This document shows positions 13,901 to 23,648 of a stretch of 64,000 nucleotides of DNA, piece by piece. Positions within the stretch are counted from its first letter, which is position 1. Each line of letters begins with the position of its first letter. The notes under the pieces are model-generated. The model was not told the DNA's origin, searched no databases, and worked only from the letters and a program-made list of their open reading frames with translations. The DNA comes from Tubulanus polymorphus (lineage: Eukaryota > Animalia > Nemertea), in contig NC_134030.1 in assembly GCF_964204645.1 (NCBI RefSeq), positions 22,652,210-22,716,209 on the forward strand, in the 5' to 3' direction. Position numbers and translations under genes: made by a program.

Positions 13901-16900
13901 TCAGCATTGACGCTACAAATTAATACAATCTGTTTTATTATTGTTTAACCTCCGTGAAAGAAAGATCTTCATTCTATTTGTTGAATTAGTTTTTACAAGT
14001 TTACAGTGAAATTAGAATTATAACTTACCGATCATTTTAACAGTTGTTTCGGCGACAAATCACAGATTTATACGAGCAATTTACGAAGCTGAAATAGGAA
14101 CGAATACATCGGTGATATTTGAACTGAATTTCAGCAGTCATAAAAATATTTAATTCATCTATAATTAATCATAGAACCTACATCTGATGCTAGTTAAACT
14201 TAACAGAATTGAATACAGAAAATATCTACAATTTTTTTTAATGTTAGAATTATTTCTTGTAAATTTCATTAAACCAACATCTGTTTCAGATAAAGTTAAC
14301 AAATTCAAAAACATCAAATTTCTAAAATTAAAATCAAGTTTTAACAAATAGAAAATCGTCAAATTAGTTCTTGTACAATTCGTCCGTAGCAATAACTACA
14401 CAATATGAGATCAATGTTGATGACTCTACGATTGATGAACTTACCTTCGAATACAAACGATTCCAAGTTGATGAAATGTTGATGAAACTGATTGGTTTAT
14501 ATTGACTATGTCCGCACCACCTGCCTCTCATCTCACACTGGGTGAAATTATCAAAGCAGAAATTTACAATCGATCCTTTTTTTGTGGAATCAGGAATTGA
14601 AAAAAATCCACGCGGGAAACGGAGAATGCGTGCAAAAAATCAACCGAACCATGAATTCAATAATAGATACATCCAAACTGTTACCGGAGCAGTTTTACTG
14701 AGTCCTGTTGTGATAGAACAAAAGAGATGCGTGCAAAAAACTAAACCAACCGTACATCAAAAACATATGCCACGATTGTTCACTATTTTCATGGGCTTTG
14801 ATTTCATTCATAATTGATTGATCAGAAATTTATTCAGGAAAAATATATTTTCAAAAATATGATAATCTGTGGTTTTTATCATGAAATTCATGAAACGTAG
14901 GGCATTTTGGGAAAGAAAACCACCAAAATAAGTAGACTCTTAAGTCAGATCGTGTTTTGACTTGACAGTTGAATGGTACAGATACCAGTCTTTGTTCTTT
15001 TGTTATTTCATTTTGAACAACATTTTATAGACGTAAATAGAATCGTATCCCCTCATCAGGTGAATTAATCAGTCTGCAAAATCCAGGGATGTGATTTCCG
15101 GTCTTTGGGACCAAAATATTGACCCCTTGGGATTTGCACAGAAACGATGAGAGAAGTGGGGGGGGGGGGGGGTGAGGTACTCGGCTGACTGACGATTGGT
15201 ACCGGTGAGACATAAAAGCGTTCAAGACCGGACAATCAGAAGTCTTTTTTGCGCTGGATGGTTGCGCTGCTATCAGAATTCGACGACGATCGACTACCCT
15301 CGAGCTATTAATAGACAGTGTTCGCTCGCGTAATGCTGAAAAACGGCTTTTATGGCCCGTCACGTGGCGCCAACTACTGTATTTTGATATGCTAATGAGC
15401 AGGTGATGACGTCACTGTAACGTTTCCGAGCGTCCGCGGAGCGGTTTTTTCAGCATTACGCGAGCGTATGCCGAGTAAACTATCGCTCATAAATGAAAAC
15501 AAAAACAACTTTAGTGAAATTTGTTGTTTATTTCTGAATGCGAATTCCTCACTGAACAAATTGATGCGTAATAAAGGTTGATAAACCGATTATTAACGAA
15601 ATTACGGACCAAAACGTCGCACGGAGAGTAGGTGTGACAGACAGTAGTTGTCTATTTCCTGGTTAGAATTAGGAACATCGTTTTTATCCGAAATGCTCTA
15701 AAATGGCTCTCGGGGCAATGAAAATTCAAAATTTTTCTGGGGCTCGCTTGATTGCAGCTTCGCTGCAATAAGAGGTGAGTTCCGGTTTTTGATAAAAATG
15801 AAATCACATCCCTGAAGATCTGAAACAAGCATATTGTCTTAATTTATAAATTGGAATAAAATCTAATTTATCAAAAACTTTTCCTGTCTTCCGCTTTACC
15901 GAATGCTAATACAAACGCTAAGCAAATAGTTCTATAAAAAGTGGCTTGAAAATCGTTTAAGAAAAAGATACCCTTTGAATAAAGTTTTTGTGTTGATACA
16001 ATGATTGTTTCTGAACGAACAAGTGTTGGAATGATGTATGAAATTTGACAAAAAAAATGATCTGTATTCCTCGCATGCCACAGCAGCATAGCGAGTTGCG
16101 ATTGATTCCAACCGTTCAGTGCTGCCCCTATGAATAACAATAGCGGAATTTCTATGAACTAAAGTAATTGTACATTTTTCACCGGGTGGATTATGAATTG
16201 TTTCAAATGACATGTTGTACCTTCCGGAAACTGGGTGCCTCAAATTGATAAATAAATTATTGTTAAATCCAGGCATGTTTTCTAACTGAAACAGAAAATT
16301 TTAAAGTATAAACTTTGACAAACGATATGTTTTTATTTCTTATCATTGTAGAATTTACGTGACGCATTGGACAACATGTACGACGCGAAAGTGCCGGTGA
16401 TTTGGAGACGTATCTCGTGGGAGAGCAGCACGCTCGGATTCTGGTTCACCGAGATGTTAGAACGCAACGATCAATTCTCCGCGTGGATCTTTCAAGGTCG
16501 TCCGAACGTGTTCTGGATGACTGGTTTCTTTAATCCGCAAGGTATGATGATATTTCTCTCTAACTCACTGCTGCTGAAGGTGTCGTAGTCGGAATGGTCA
16601 TTAACCCATTATTAGTCGAAAAGTTACACAAAATACAGAAATTACTTACTCTGTTCTTTACTATAGTTTTCCAGTCTTTTTTAAATTACTTTAACCCTTT
16701 CATTGGTGACTAATTAGGCTAAACAAAAATGATACCTTGTTTCTCCGCAGCGGCCGGGTCATTTTTGTAAAATATGATAAAATTTATAAACAGTTCATTT
16801 CTATAGCGGCCGGGTCTGTTATGGTTAAATTGATCACGATTTTAAAAAAAAGTAATGTATAGGGTAGATAGGCGGCCGGCCGGGTCAACATTTAAGCTCA

Positions 16901-19128
16901 GCAGAGCGGAGAAACAAGGTATCAATTTTTTTTAGCCTTAATACCCTATAGTGCTGGAGATAATTTGAAAACTTTGAGAAATTCCGCCCTAGTGTGTTGA
17001 ATAACGGGAATACCACTATAGTGCGTCTACATCGCAGCGCGATGTATCGTTAGTAACTGATATTTCACTATGTTTGACATGTGCTGCCATCTTTCAATAG
17101 AGATAGAAATTAATTACTTATTACACCAATACACCGCAGTGCGGTGTACTAGTAAAATCCATCACGGCATTGCGGTGTAGACGCACTGAAAGGGTTAATC
17201 TGTATTCAACTTTTAATCATTCGCTCGGTTCCTTTGTTACATTCCTGCATAAATATCTTGTAAATATATTCTGTATCGGTACGCCTGATGATGGCTTATA
17301 TTTTTATTAGCCGAAAATTTGCTAGAATTATATACAATTTTACTGATTTACGAATTTGTCATTTTCGGCTGAATCTTTTGTGGGATTTCTCTCGTTATTC
17401 ATGTGTTGATGACTTAAATCCAAATGATGATTTACACTTAGTGAATTGAATAAGAAATACAAGTAGAGACGACTTCAGTAATTGGATGACTAACTTAATG
17501 ACAAAATGATGACTTATTAACGGACTTTGATTGAAAATGTGAATTGTGATTGTTTTTTAAATTTTTTTCCGATGCTAGGTTTTCTGACGGCTATGCGACA
17601 GGAGGTTACCCGCGCTCATAAAGGTTGGGCGTTAGACTCGGTGACTTTACACAACGATGTGATGAAACAGTTTAAAGAGGATATCACTAACGCCCCTCCT
17701 GTAAGTAATAACAACAACCCAACATGCATTCACCTACAAGTGTGAAGTGTAGACAATCAGTTTTTGAAAGTGTGTAATATCTGGTGTTTGTAGTTCATTT
17801 TCAATTAGAAATGTCTCAGGTGAAGCACTGAACACATGTGACGTGTGGACGATCAGTTTTTGAAAGTGTGCTGATAAAATGTCTAATATCTGGTGTTTGT
17901 AGTTCATTTTTCAATTAGAAATGTCTCAGGTGAAGCACTGAACACATGTGAAGTGTGGACGATCAGTTTTTGAAAGTGTGCTGATAAAATGTCTAATATC
18001 TGGTGTTTGTAGTTCATTTTCAATTAGAAATGTCTGAGGTGAAGCACTGAACACATGTGAAGTGTGGACGATCAGTTTTTGAAAGTGTGCTGATAAAATG
18101 TCTAATATCTGGTGTTTGTAGTTCATTTTCAATTAAAAATGTCTCAGGTGAAGCACTGAACACATGTGAAGTGTGGACGATCAGTTTTTGAAAGTGTGCT
18201 GATAAAATGTCTAATATCTGGTGTTTGTAGTTCATTTTCAATTAGAAATGTCTCAGGTGAAGCACTGAACACATGTGAAGTGTGGACGATCAGTTTTTGA
18301 AAGTGTTCTGATAAAATGTCTAATATCTGGTGTTTGTAGTTCATTTTCAATTGAAAATGTCTCAGGTGAAGCACTGAACACATGTGAAGTGTGGACGATC
18401 AGTTTTTGAAAGTGTGCTGATAAAATGTCTAATATCTGGTGTTTGTAGTTCATTTTCAATTAAAAATGTCTCAGGTGAAGCACTGAACACATGTGAAGTG
18501 TGGACGATCAGTTTTTGAAAGTGTGCTGATAAAATGTCTAATATCTGGTGTTTGTAGTTCATTTTCAATTAGAAATGTCTCAGGTGAAGCACTGAACACA
18601 TGTGAAGTGTGGACGATCAGTTTTTGAAAGTGTTCTGATAAAATGTCTAATATCTGGTGTTTGTAGTTCATTTTCAATTAAAAATGTCTCAGGTGAAGCA
18701 CTGAACACATTGTGAAGTGTGGATGATCAGTTTTTGAAAGTGTGCTGATAAAATGTCTGGTGTTTATAGTTCAGATGAACCTCGCTGAAACTGAAACTAG
18801 AATTATAAATTAATGTGTTTGTTTTCTCTTATATAAACAGGAAGGTGTTTACGTGTACGGTTTAGCCCTAGATGGCGCCGGTTGGGATAGGAAGAATTGC
18901 CGATTGACGGAGCCACCCGCTAAAGTATTATTCACGCCGCTGCCAGTAGTTCACATGTTCGCCATCAACTCGACGGCTCCTAAAGATCCTCGATTGTATC
19001 AATGTCCGGTGTATAAAAAACCGCAGCGAACGGATTTGACTTACATCACGTTCATAGTGCTGAAAACAAACGTCAGTCCTGATCATTGGATTCTACGTGG
19101 GGTGGCAGCACTGTGCGATATCAAATAA
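612..19128 (+). CDS. DNAH5: Axonemal outer-arm dynein heavy chain (DNAH5/DNAH8-like), 3' portion (AAA5-AAA6-C-terminal domain); 5' part lies upstream of the window
   Basis: GT-AG exons that splice in frame: 612-767, 1521-1676, 1991-2080, 3116-3313, 3789-3927, 6308-6422, 6953-7143, 7548-7669, 7944-8062, 8443-8645, 8966-9039, 9127-9279, 9852-10007, 10092-10208, 10796-10897, 11466-11626, 12566-12722, 13222-13374, 16352-16541, 17579-17700, 18841-19128. Motifs: [77 protein letters not shown], and the end [17 protein letters not shown]5 versus DNAH8 orthology cannot be resolved in an invertebrate. Confidence 0.93.
1128..1503. repeat. 63-bp intronic minisatellite, about 6 copies
   Basis: Unit ggttttagagtcagttatgggtgagattgaaccggacctgtttcagatatttcagatctatca; ends just before the acceptor at 1520. 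Confidence 0.95.
1866..1940. repeat. (GCT)25 microsatellite, intronic
   Basis: Perfect trinucleotide run. Confidence 0.97.
2098..2901. repeat. 42-bp G/A-rich minisatellite, about 19 copies
   Basis: Unit like tctggagggcagggagagggggagtcaggagagatagtctgg; starts about 20 nt after the donor at 2081. Confidence 0.95.
4303..6335 (+). repeat. 58-bp tandem array of a dynein 3' splice site plus exon start, 35 copies
   Basis: Unit aactgatgtaattgttgttgtatatttcag|tggcgacgcgaggcagtattctatattt; AG ends at 4335, 4393 ... 6307 (1972/58 = 34 intervals); only the last copy continues into the exon. Confidence 0.97.
6503..6745. mobile_element. Nested MITEs: a ~137-bp MITE (about 6541-6677) inserted in a hairpin MITE
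   Basis: The outer element matches the uninterrupted copy at about 27808-27925. The inner element (TIR ggYcRgttgca...tgcaactggcc) matches the reverse complement of 25080-25205. Confidence 0.75.
8307..8416. mobile_element. Short MITE with ggtccagttccacag-type termini
   Basis: Imperfect TIRs and CTG flanks; related copy at about 28555-28670. Confidence 0.6.
8668..8955. repeat. 24-26-bp minisatellite (catgtgtattctggtgaca...) filling a dynein intron
   Basis: About 11 copies in intron 8646-8965. Confidence 0.93.
9657..9723. repeat. 20-bp tandem repeat, about 3.3 copies
   Basis: gtcgaactggatcgaggatt repeated. Confidence 0.9.
10578..10772. repeat. Compound (GAT)n microsatellite, intronic
   Basis: Lies inside intron 10209-10795; the poly-D and poly-M ORFs are by-products. 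Confidence 0.92.
11006..11304. mobile_element. Non-autonomous hAT-like MITE with 6-bp TSD
   Basis: TIR cagggttcccacag / ctgtgggaaccatg, flanked by ataata on both sides. Confidence 0.75.
11733..12130. mobile_element. MITE with ggacaattgcccc termini
   Basis: Left ggacaattgccccc; right gggggcaattgtcc (twice); AT-rich interior; interrupts a fragment of the 25080-type MITE. Confidence 0.55.
13719..13907 (-). CDS. Nested antisense gene encoding a 62-aa secreted prepropeptide
   Basis: Signal peptide ending VNA, acidic/Ala spacer, RRKK, then [17 protein letters not shown]. Acceptor at 13913-14; 5'UTR exons 14029-14088 and 14445-about 14470 with GTAAGT donors; TATAAA at 14496-14501; AATAAA at 13643-13648 (all minus strand). 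Confidence 0.8.
   Translation of the reverse strand: MLMKMLRSLLPIMLLVISLWSMVNAETAAAADDSAEELALSRRKKTAYDEWWRKANEQAGNI
14496..14501 (-). promoter_or_regulatory. Candidate TATA box of the nested peptide gene
   Basis: TATAAA about 50 nt upstream of the first donor (14443-44). Confidence 0.5.
14984..16212. mobile_element. Interspersed ~500-bp repeat split by a 731-bp insertion
   Basis: 14984-15083 plus 15815-16212 is colinear and highly similar to 19928-20432. Confidence 0.85.
15084..15814. mobile_element. Non-autonomous hAT-like DNA transposon
   Basis: 14-bp perfect TIR cagggatgtgattt / aaatcacatccctg; 6-bp flanks aaaatc / aagatc; the empty site is visible at about 20020-20030. Confidence 0.85.
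16695..17194. mobile_element. piggyBac-like MITE (TTAA target) carrying a nested MITE
   Basis: ttaa|ccctttca ... tgaaaggg|ttaa; related partial copies in reverse orientation at about 32120-32567. Confidence 0.8.
16717..16937. mobile_element. 221-bp PIF/Harbinger(Tourist)-like MITE
   Basis: About 30-bp TIR ggctaaa...gataccttgtttctccgc; TTA TSD; near-identical inverted copy at 36131-36351. Confidence 0.88.
17285..17325 (+). ncRNA. Second hammerhead-like core (probable Penelope remnant)
   Basis: CTGATGA-T-GGCT...AGCC-GAAA; stem III is poorly formed. Confidence 0.3.
17740..18772. repeat. 109-bp tandem repeat, about 9.5 copies, filling the last dynein intron
   Basis: The caggtgaagcactgaacacatgtg motif recurs about every 109 bp from 17817 to 18690. 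Confidence 0.96.
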
Positions 19129-19927
19129 ACCCTTCTCATTCTGGCGGCACCTCCCGCAATCTTCTAGAATTCGATTCATAATTTATTCGTCTGTTGTCCA
19201 TATCGAATTGAATCATTATTTTCCGTTAATAATTGTTTCTTTTTTTGCTCGAGTCTTAATGATTTTAACTTATCGTAGAATTTGCGTTTGATTGCGCTCA
19301 TTTTAAGATTGTATCGTCATTTATTTTTTTTCATTTTATGACAGAAATAGAGATTTTTGTCGAAATCCGTTGGTTTTTGCTGCAGGTGATTTTCGTAAGC
19401 GATCTGGAGGCCCTCTGATTTAACAATTGTTTATACAAAAAATTGCACTAAATTCAAGATTCGGCGCGTCTTCATTTCATGACAATAAACATTTTCGAAG
19501 CTTTGATTTTATTCTGCCCCTTTTTTCTGCATGTGATTCTTTAAGATCTATGATAATTTCTACAAGTTATGCACCTAGCATTGAATGTGTATTTTTTAAG
19601 GAGATTAATGCATTTATTTATACGTGTTTAAAGATATTTTGAAATGGTTTTTTTTTTCTGTTTACGCCGCATGTGAATAGGCATTCACTATGTTACCATT
19701 TTTAAGTTTAATCCGTCCACAGAATATTTTTCGTATAAATAGAGAATAAACTCTACCGCATGTTACTCTTTTGTTATAACTTTAATGCACAAATATAAAA
19801 ACAGCTTGACTGCATGTTATATTCAAAACAGAAAAAACTGTTTCTTCTTTTATTCTTGATGATGCGGAGGAAATCTCCAAGAAATCGTTCTTTTCTGATG
19901 ACTCAGTTTGAGAGGCGGACCGGGGAG

Positions 19928-20432
19928 ACCAGTCTTTGTTCTTTTGTTATTTCATTTTGAATAACATTTTATAGACGCAAATAGAATCGTATCCCCTCAC
20001 CAGGTGAACTTATCAGTCTGCAAAATCTGAAACAAGCATATTGTCTAATTTACAAATTGGAATAAAGTTTAATTTATCAAAAAGTTTTCCTGTGGCACGT
20101 GAGTCTTCCGCTTTACCGAATGCTAATACAAACGCTAAGCAAATAGTTCTATAAAAAGTGGCTTGAAAATCGTTTAAGAAAAAGATACCCTTTGAATAAA
20201 GTTTTTGTGTTGATACAACGATTGTTTCTGAACGAACAAGTGTTGGAATAATGTATGAAATTTGACTAAAAAAATGATCTGTATTCCTCAGGTGCCACAG
20301 TAGCATAGCGAGTCTGCGATAGATTCCAACCGTTCAGTGCTGCCCCTATGAATAACAATAGCGGAATTTCTATGAACTAAAGTAATTGTACATTTTTTCA
20401 CTGGGTGGATTATGAAATGTTTCAAATGACAC
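19928..20432. mobile_element. Uninterrupted copy of the ~500-bp interspersed repeat
   Basis: Matches 14984-15083 plus 15815-16212. Confidence 0.8.
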
Positions 20433-21013
20433 AATATTCCTACTACGGCGCGGCGCGCGAGTTCAAGTTGAGTTCAAATTTATTTAAAGTAATGAAAGTT
20501 TGATCTACTAGGTCAAATATTCTGAATTTGATTTGATTTCGTATTTTACCGGATGGGAACGAGTCTGTAGATGCCGTCAAGTTTTGAATTGAATTTATTT
20601 CGATAAGAAAAATACAATAACATCTCAAAAACCTGCTCACAATCTACCGCAAAAATTCAATATAATCGAGTTCCAAAAAGCCTCTGCCAAGTACCGACAA
20701 ATCAAAAATAGTGAAAGCCGGTATCGAGTTGAGGCAAAGAAAAAAGCCAAAGTAAAGTACCAAACTGAACAAAAGACTAGCGCCTGGGCCTGGCCCTGGG
20801 CATATGCCTTATTTAAAGCCTGTTTCTTGTTTTCGAGGTTAATGAAGAGACCTTAATGGGTTTTTTAATGAGAAGAGCAGGCTCCTGGAAAAGCTCAACC
20901 TCTCATTCTATCTTGGGACTCCTCGATCTGATGAGTCGTTAGTGCAATCCCACATTCCCGGGAAGTCAACATTTACTGGAGTCGGAGTCAATAGTAGATC
21001 AATTGCAGACTCC

Positions 21014-22858
21014 ATGGAGTCATCAGGTGTCGATATGTCAATCTCAGACTCCCGTGAAATGCCAGGACTCAGTAGAGCAGCAGTAGTCAAGGACTCTGAG
21101 GAGTCATCTAGACTCAGTAAATCAGATTCGTCTATGACTGCGAGGGAGTCGATGTTGAGTCGCGTCGCGAGTTCGGATGCGCATTTTAAACACCAGCAGC
21201 GAGGTGAACCGGACCTCACGTACGCAGAGAAATACTCGATCGCCGAACGAATCCTCGTCGAGAATCCGGCTCGATTCCTCTCTCGATTCGAACGATTCCT
21301 CGTATCCGAGGACGCGTCGTGTTTCGGCGCGGTCGCCGACGACTACGCGGTCGCGTTTTATTTACGAAATATCGCGCGTAATTCGGACCGGGGCCGCGCG
21401 GCGGTTATCGCTAAAAACCGGCGGTATAAAGCGATGCAAGAAATGGACTCGGACTCGGATGACGGTTATTTCGGCGACGAGCAGATGAAGTTTCGGGATC
21501 CGTATTTATTTCATCAGATGGTCGGACGGTTCGAGACGAGCGAAGAGGCCGCGATGAAAGTCGATAAAACGGATCTAAGATTCTCGACTATTTTAATGTC
21601 TCATCTCAGACATGTTCAGATGAATGACACATTTACCGCACTGAAAGATCAAGAGGTTCGTGTTTTAGAATATCAACTCTATCCTTAAAATATCATCTTC
21701 AAGAAAATATTTAGTAAGAACATCAGCGCCGGTCACTCAGGGTCCCTACGACTCCTTCTAATCAGAAAATGCGTTTTAAAGTTGCTTCAAACTCCTTTAA
21801 TTTGAGCAAAACGACTGAAACTTCTTTAAAACTGCTTCAATTTTGAGAAATTGGCAATTAGAAAGATTAGTAGAGACTCTTTATATCCAGGAATGACTGA
21901 TTTATGCGGAGCCCGCGGCACCGGTATTTAATTTATAGAAATGTTTATTTTCTCACCGTCAGGAATCACAAACAGAAGAAACTGAAAGCGATGAAGACGA
22001 AGAGACTGAATTAGAGGAAAACGATGGTAAGAGGAAAGTAAATTGAACAGATGGAAATATTTCGGTAATTGATTCATTTGTTGTTTATTTTCCGTTGCGC
22101 AGATGAAGAACCAGCTCAGGTCAGTTCGGTAGAACGCGCCCGGTTGAGAGCTGAATTCAAGAATATAATGCGTCAAAGATTCCTAGATGGAAAAGACTCA
22201 AACTTTGATTACAGGTAAGATATAACTCAAACTTAACCCCGCATACCTTAGATCTGATCTGATTTTTGCTTGGATATGAATACGGTAGACTTCTGCTCGA
22301 GTGCTGGGTCCGCTGTTGGTTAGAGTTTACCAGTGCGAGTTCACGGTATCTTTAACCAACTTTTGAGCTACTGCAGATCCTGAGTGCAGGTCTTTAAGGG
22401 TAAGATACTGCATAGTGTCCTCATCAAATGTGGTGCATGAATATTTTGGACAGTGTACAACAGTAATACACTAAATTAGATTAGTTTTCAATATTTTGAA
22501 TCTGGAGTCCAATTAGAATTGGAATTAGCTTTACAAATCACTGTTGAACATGCTGAATCCGGATTTTGGTCTAATCTAGATATGGTGGAACTCAGTTCTG
22601 AACTGTGGAATTGAGGCTGTGAAGTGGACCACCTGTTGCATTCGAGAACTTTGTCAAAAATGATCACCTTTACGAGACAATGTTTCGCTCATTTTGACGG
22701 TATTAAATTGATGAAACGTATTTTGATGATTGTCTATTTTCAGTCGCGTTGATCAGAATCCTGATTACGATTCATTAGAATTATTAAACATCGACGCTGA
22801 AGAGAAATATTTCAACGGAGATGAAGAGGACATGAACAGTGGAGCTGATCAAACGTGA
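21014..22858 (+). CDS. CCDC97: Coiled-coil domain-containing protein 97 (DUF2052)
   Basis: Exons about 21014-21655, 21963-22026, 22103-22214, 22744-22858. Motifs KNRRYKAM, YFGDEQMKFRDPYLFHQMVG, MRQRFLDGKDSNFDYSRVDQNPDYD...DAEEKYF. The start codon is uncertain. Confidence 0.88.
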
Positions 22859-22950
22859 TCACACAGTGACCGACTGTGATCACACACAGTGACCGACCGT
22901 GATCACACACTGTGACTGACCGTGATCACACACACTATGACAGTGATCAG
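22853..22950. repeat. Short 21-24-bp repeat starting at the CCDC97 stop codon
   Basis: gtgatcacacacagtgaccgac, about 4 copies. Confidence 0.8.
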
Positions 22951-23245
22951 TTTTCCTCAAATCATCAAGTAAAGCTTTTTACGAAAAATTATGTACATTT
23001 TATTAATAAAAAAAAAAGAAAAATACAATTTACTTTAATGATTTTGTACAATTTTCTCTGCTGCTTGTACTGGGTATATTTAAACAATGGCTGCCGCGCC
23101 TGTAAAATTTCCGACCATCCTCGAGGAAATTATTTCGCGAGAGAATTTGTTTTGAGAGCTGATTCTATTTGTTTATTGCACAACACGTGTTTATTTACTG
23201 ATGTTTATCTGATAATGGTCAGTAATACCTGATAAGTTCAGAAAT

Positions 23246-23648
23246 ATCTGGTTCAGTAATAGTTCTCTTTGTAAGCCCGGTTTCCAGTTCAATCTGGTTC
23301 AGTAATAGTTCTCTTTGTAAGCCCGGTTTCCAGTTCAACCCGGTTCAGTAATAGTTCTCTTTGTAAGTCCGGTTTCCAGCTAAATCTGGTTCAGTAATAG
23401 TTCTCTTTGTAAGCCCGGTTTCCAGTTCAACCCGGTTCAGTAATAGTTCTCTTTGTAAGCCCGGTTTCCAGTTCAACCCGGTTCAGTAATAGTTCTCTTT
23501 GTAAGTCCGGTTTCCAGTTCAATCCGGTTCAGTAATAGTTCTCTTTGTAAGTCCGGTTTCCAGTTCAATCTGGTTCAGTAATAGTTCTCTTTGTAAGCCC
23601 GGTTTCCAGCTAAATCTGGTTCAGTAATAGTTCTCTTTGTAAGCCCGT
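23246..23648 (-). repeat. 46-bp tandem array containing the RBBP5 terminal codons and stop, 9 copies
   Basis: gttcagtaatagttctctttgtaagccc at 23251, 23297 ... 23619; the minus strand reads AYKENYY*. Confidence 0.95.

Noticed and set aside
15871-16276. ORFs duplicated at 20013-20306 as a possible small gene family
   Set aside because: They lie in an interspersed repeat, the copies differ by indels, and no domain is recognisable.
17926-18677. Six near-identical 68-79-aa ORFs
   Set aside because: Frame-cycling translations of the 109-bp repeat.
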